A DNA stretch of 64,000 nucleotides, taken from positions 96,001-160,000 of IMG/VR virus record IMGVR_UViG_651703002_000001; one strand, 5' to 3'. The notes under the pieces are model-generated. The model saw only the letters and a list, made by a program, of their open reading frames with translations. It was not told the origin of the DNA and searched no databases. The stretch comes from a virus (taxonomy: Duplodnaviria > Caudoviricetes). Shown here in pieces: positions 63,210 to 64,000 of this stretch. Each line of letters starts with the position of its first letter. Position 1 is the first letter of the stretch. Both the position numbers and the translations under genes were made by a program.

Positions 63210-64000
63210 ACAATATTCCTCGCTTGATAAGCGTCATAAGTATCTAGCCAATTGTAATGATCTAGACCATAACCATCAGCAACCAGAACAACACCCTCAA
63301 GAGGTTTCCAGTAATTGGCATCAGTAATAAGTTCCTCAACCATATTCCAATTCTCACTATGGATATAAGTCATCAGAGCTTGATGATAAAGCATATTAGT
63401 ATGGCTAGGAGTAGTTCGACTACGTTCTTCAGCAGCACCAATAAAAGCTTCCGGATTCTCTTTGATATATTGCAAAATAGTTTTCATAATTTAATCTCCG
63501 AATACATTATCAAAATCAGGATGACCCCAACCTTGTACATCTTCTTTATTGATATTAACCAACCCAATGATATCTGTACAGCACTTTTTGATATATTCTT
63601 TATCATTAGTCCAAAACTCAACCATCACCCAAGTTGAAGTAGAGGCCGGATCCCAACCTTGAAGAAACATCTTATCACTAACATAGTTACGAACTTTCCA
63701 CATATCATCATGAGAAAGACCCATAATCTGGATATTGATATTCTTATCGCTCATCTCAAACTTATCATATAGAGCAGCAACAGTAACACCATTCTTAGCA
63801 TCACGAAAGTTATAAAGCTTTCTCATATCTATCTCCTTAAGTCAGTAAAGATATGGTACACCAACGATAAAAATGAATCAAACATTTTCTTTCTAGAATC
63901 AAACATTCGGTTTATGAAATAAAACATTTTGATTTATACAAAATTAGTTGCCGTTTAAAAATATGTGGATAAATGTTAAAAGAAACCCAGTAATAGCGCG

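Larger units (their letters stand above)
41061..63826 (-). other. Early-gene region of many small, mostly hypothetical minus-strand ORFs
   Basis: Dense head-to-tail minus-strand ORFs with RBSs and repeated sigma70 promoters. Confidence 0.85.

Noticed and set aside
41299-63637. Plus-strand ORFs in the early region and antisense ORFs inside structural genes
   Set aside because: Shadow ORFs opposite well-supported genes, without RBSs.

Overview
A 64-kb segment of a large, AT-rich T4-like myovirus (Straboviridae type). CTAAATA late promoters, asiA with no neighbouring motA and the rearranged baseplate cluster suggest one of the large Aeromonas/Vibrio-type T4 relatives; the host is an inference. 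Layout: (1) 1-10.8 kb, baseplate/tail/head-completion genes (27, 53, 48, 4, HNH endonuclease, 2, 54, 26/51, 29, 3, 1, 57A); (2) 10.9-20.6 kb, an RNA island with 17 tRNAs, two aberrant tRNA-like genes, a CCA-ended ~139-nt RNA and several unexplained structured, pseudoknot-capable intergenic segments, plus a J-domain gene and a TAGT/GREB1-like glycosyltransferase; (3) 20.6-36 kb, accessory genes (P-loop kinase, two Hoc paralogs, ParB-like protein, thymidine kinase, collagen-like fiber, Arr-like ADP-ribosyltransferase, macrodomain), spanins, a long gp36-type tail fiber and lysozyme; (4) 36-64 kb, minus-strand early region (asiA, gene 52, ndd, YqeY-like protein, a methyltransferase, a beta-barrel outer-membrane protein, many small ORFs) with sigma70 promoters embedded in hairpins. 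Best leads: the recurring pseudoknot RNA modules and tRNA-like RNAs in the tRNA island, a lambda G/GT-style -1 frameshift joining gp26 to a start-less gp51-like ORF just before the tape measure gene, a three-copy ~65-bp palindromic element, and hairpin promoter cassettes. Several single-base frameshifts, one in essential gene 27, look like sequencing errors. All protein calls are from remembered motifs and synteny and all RNA folds were done by eye; no searches were run.
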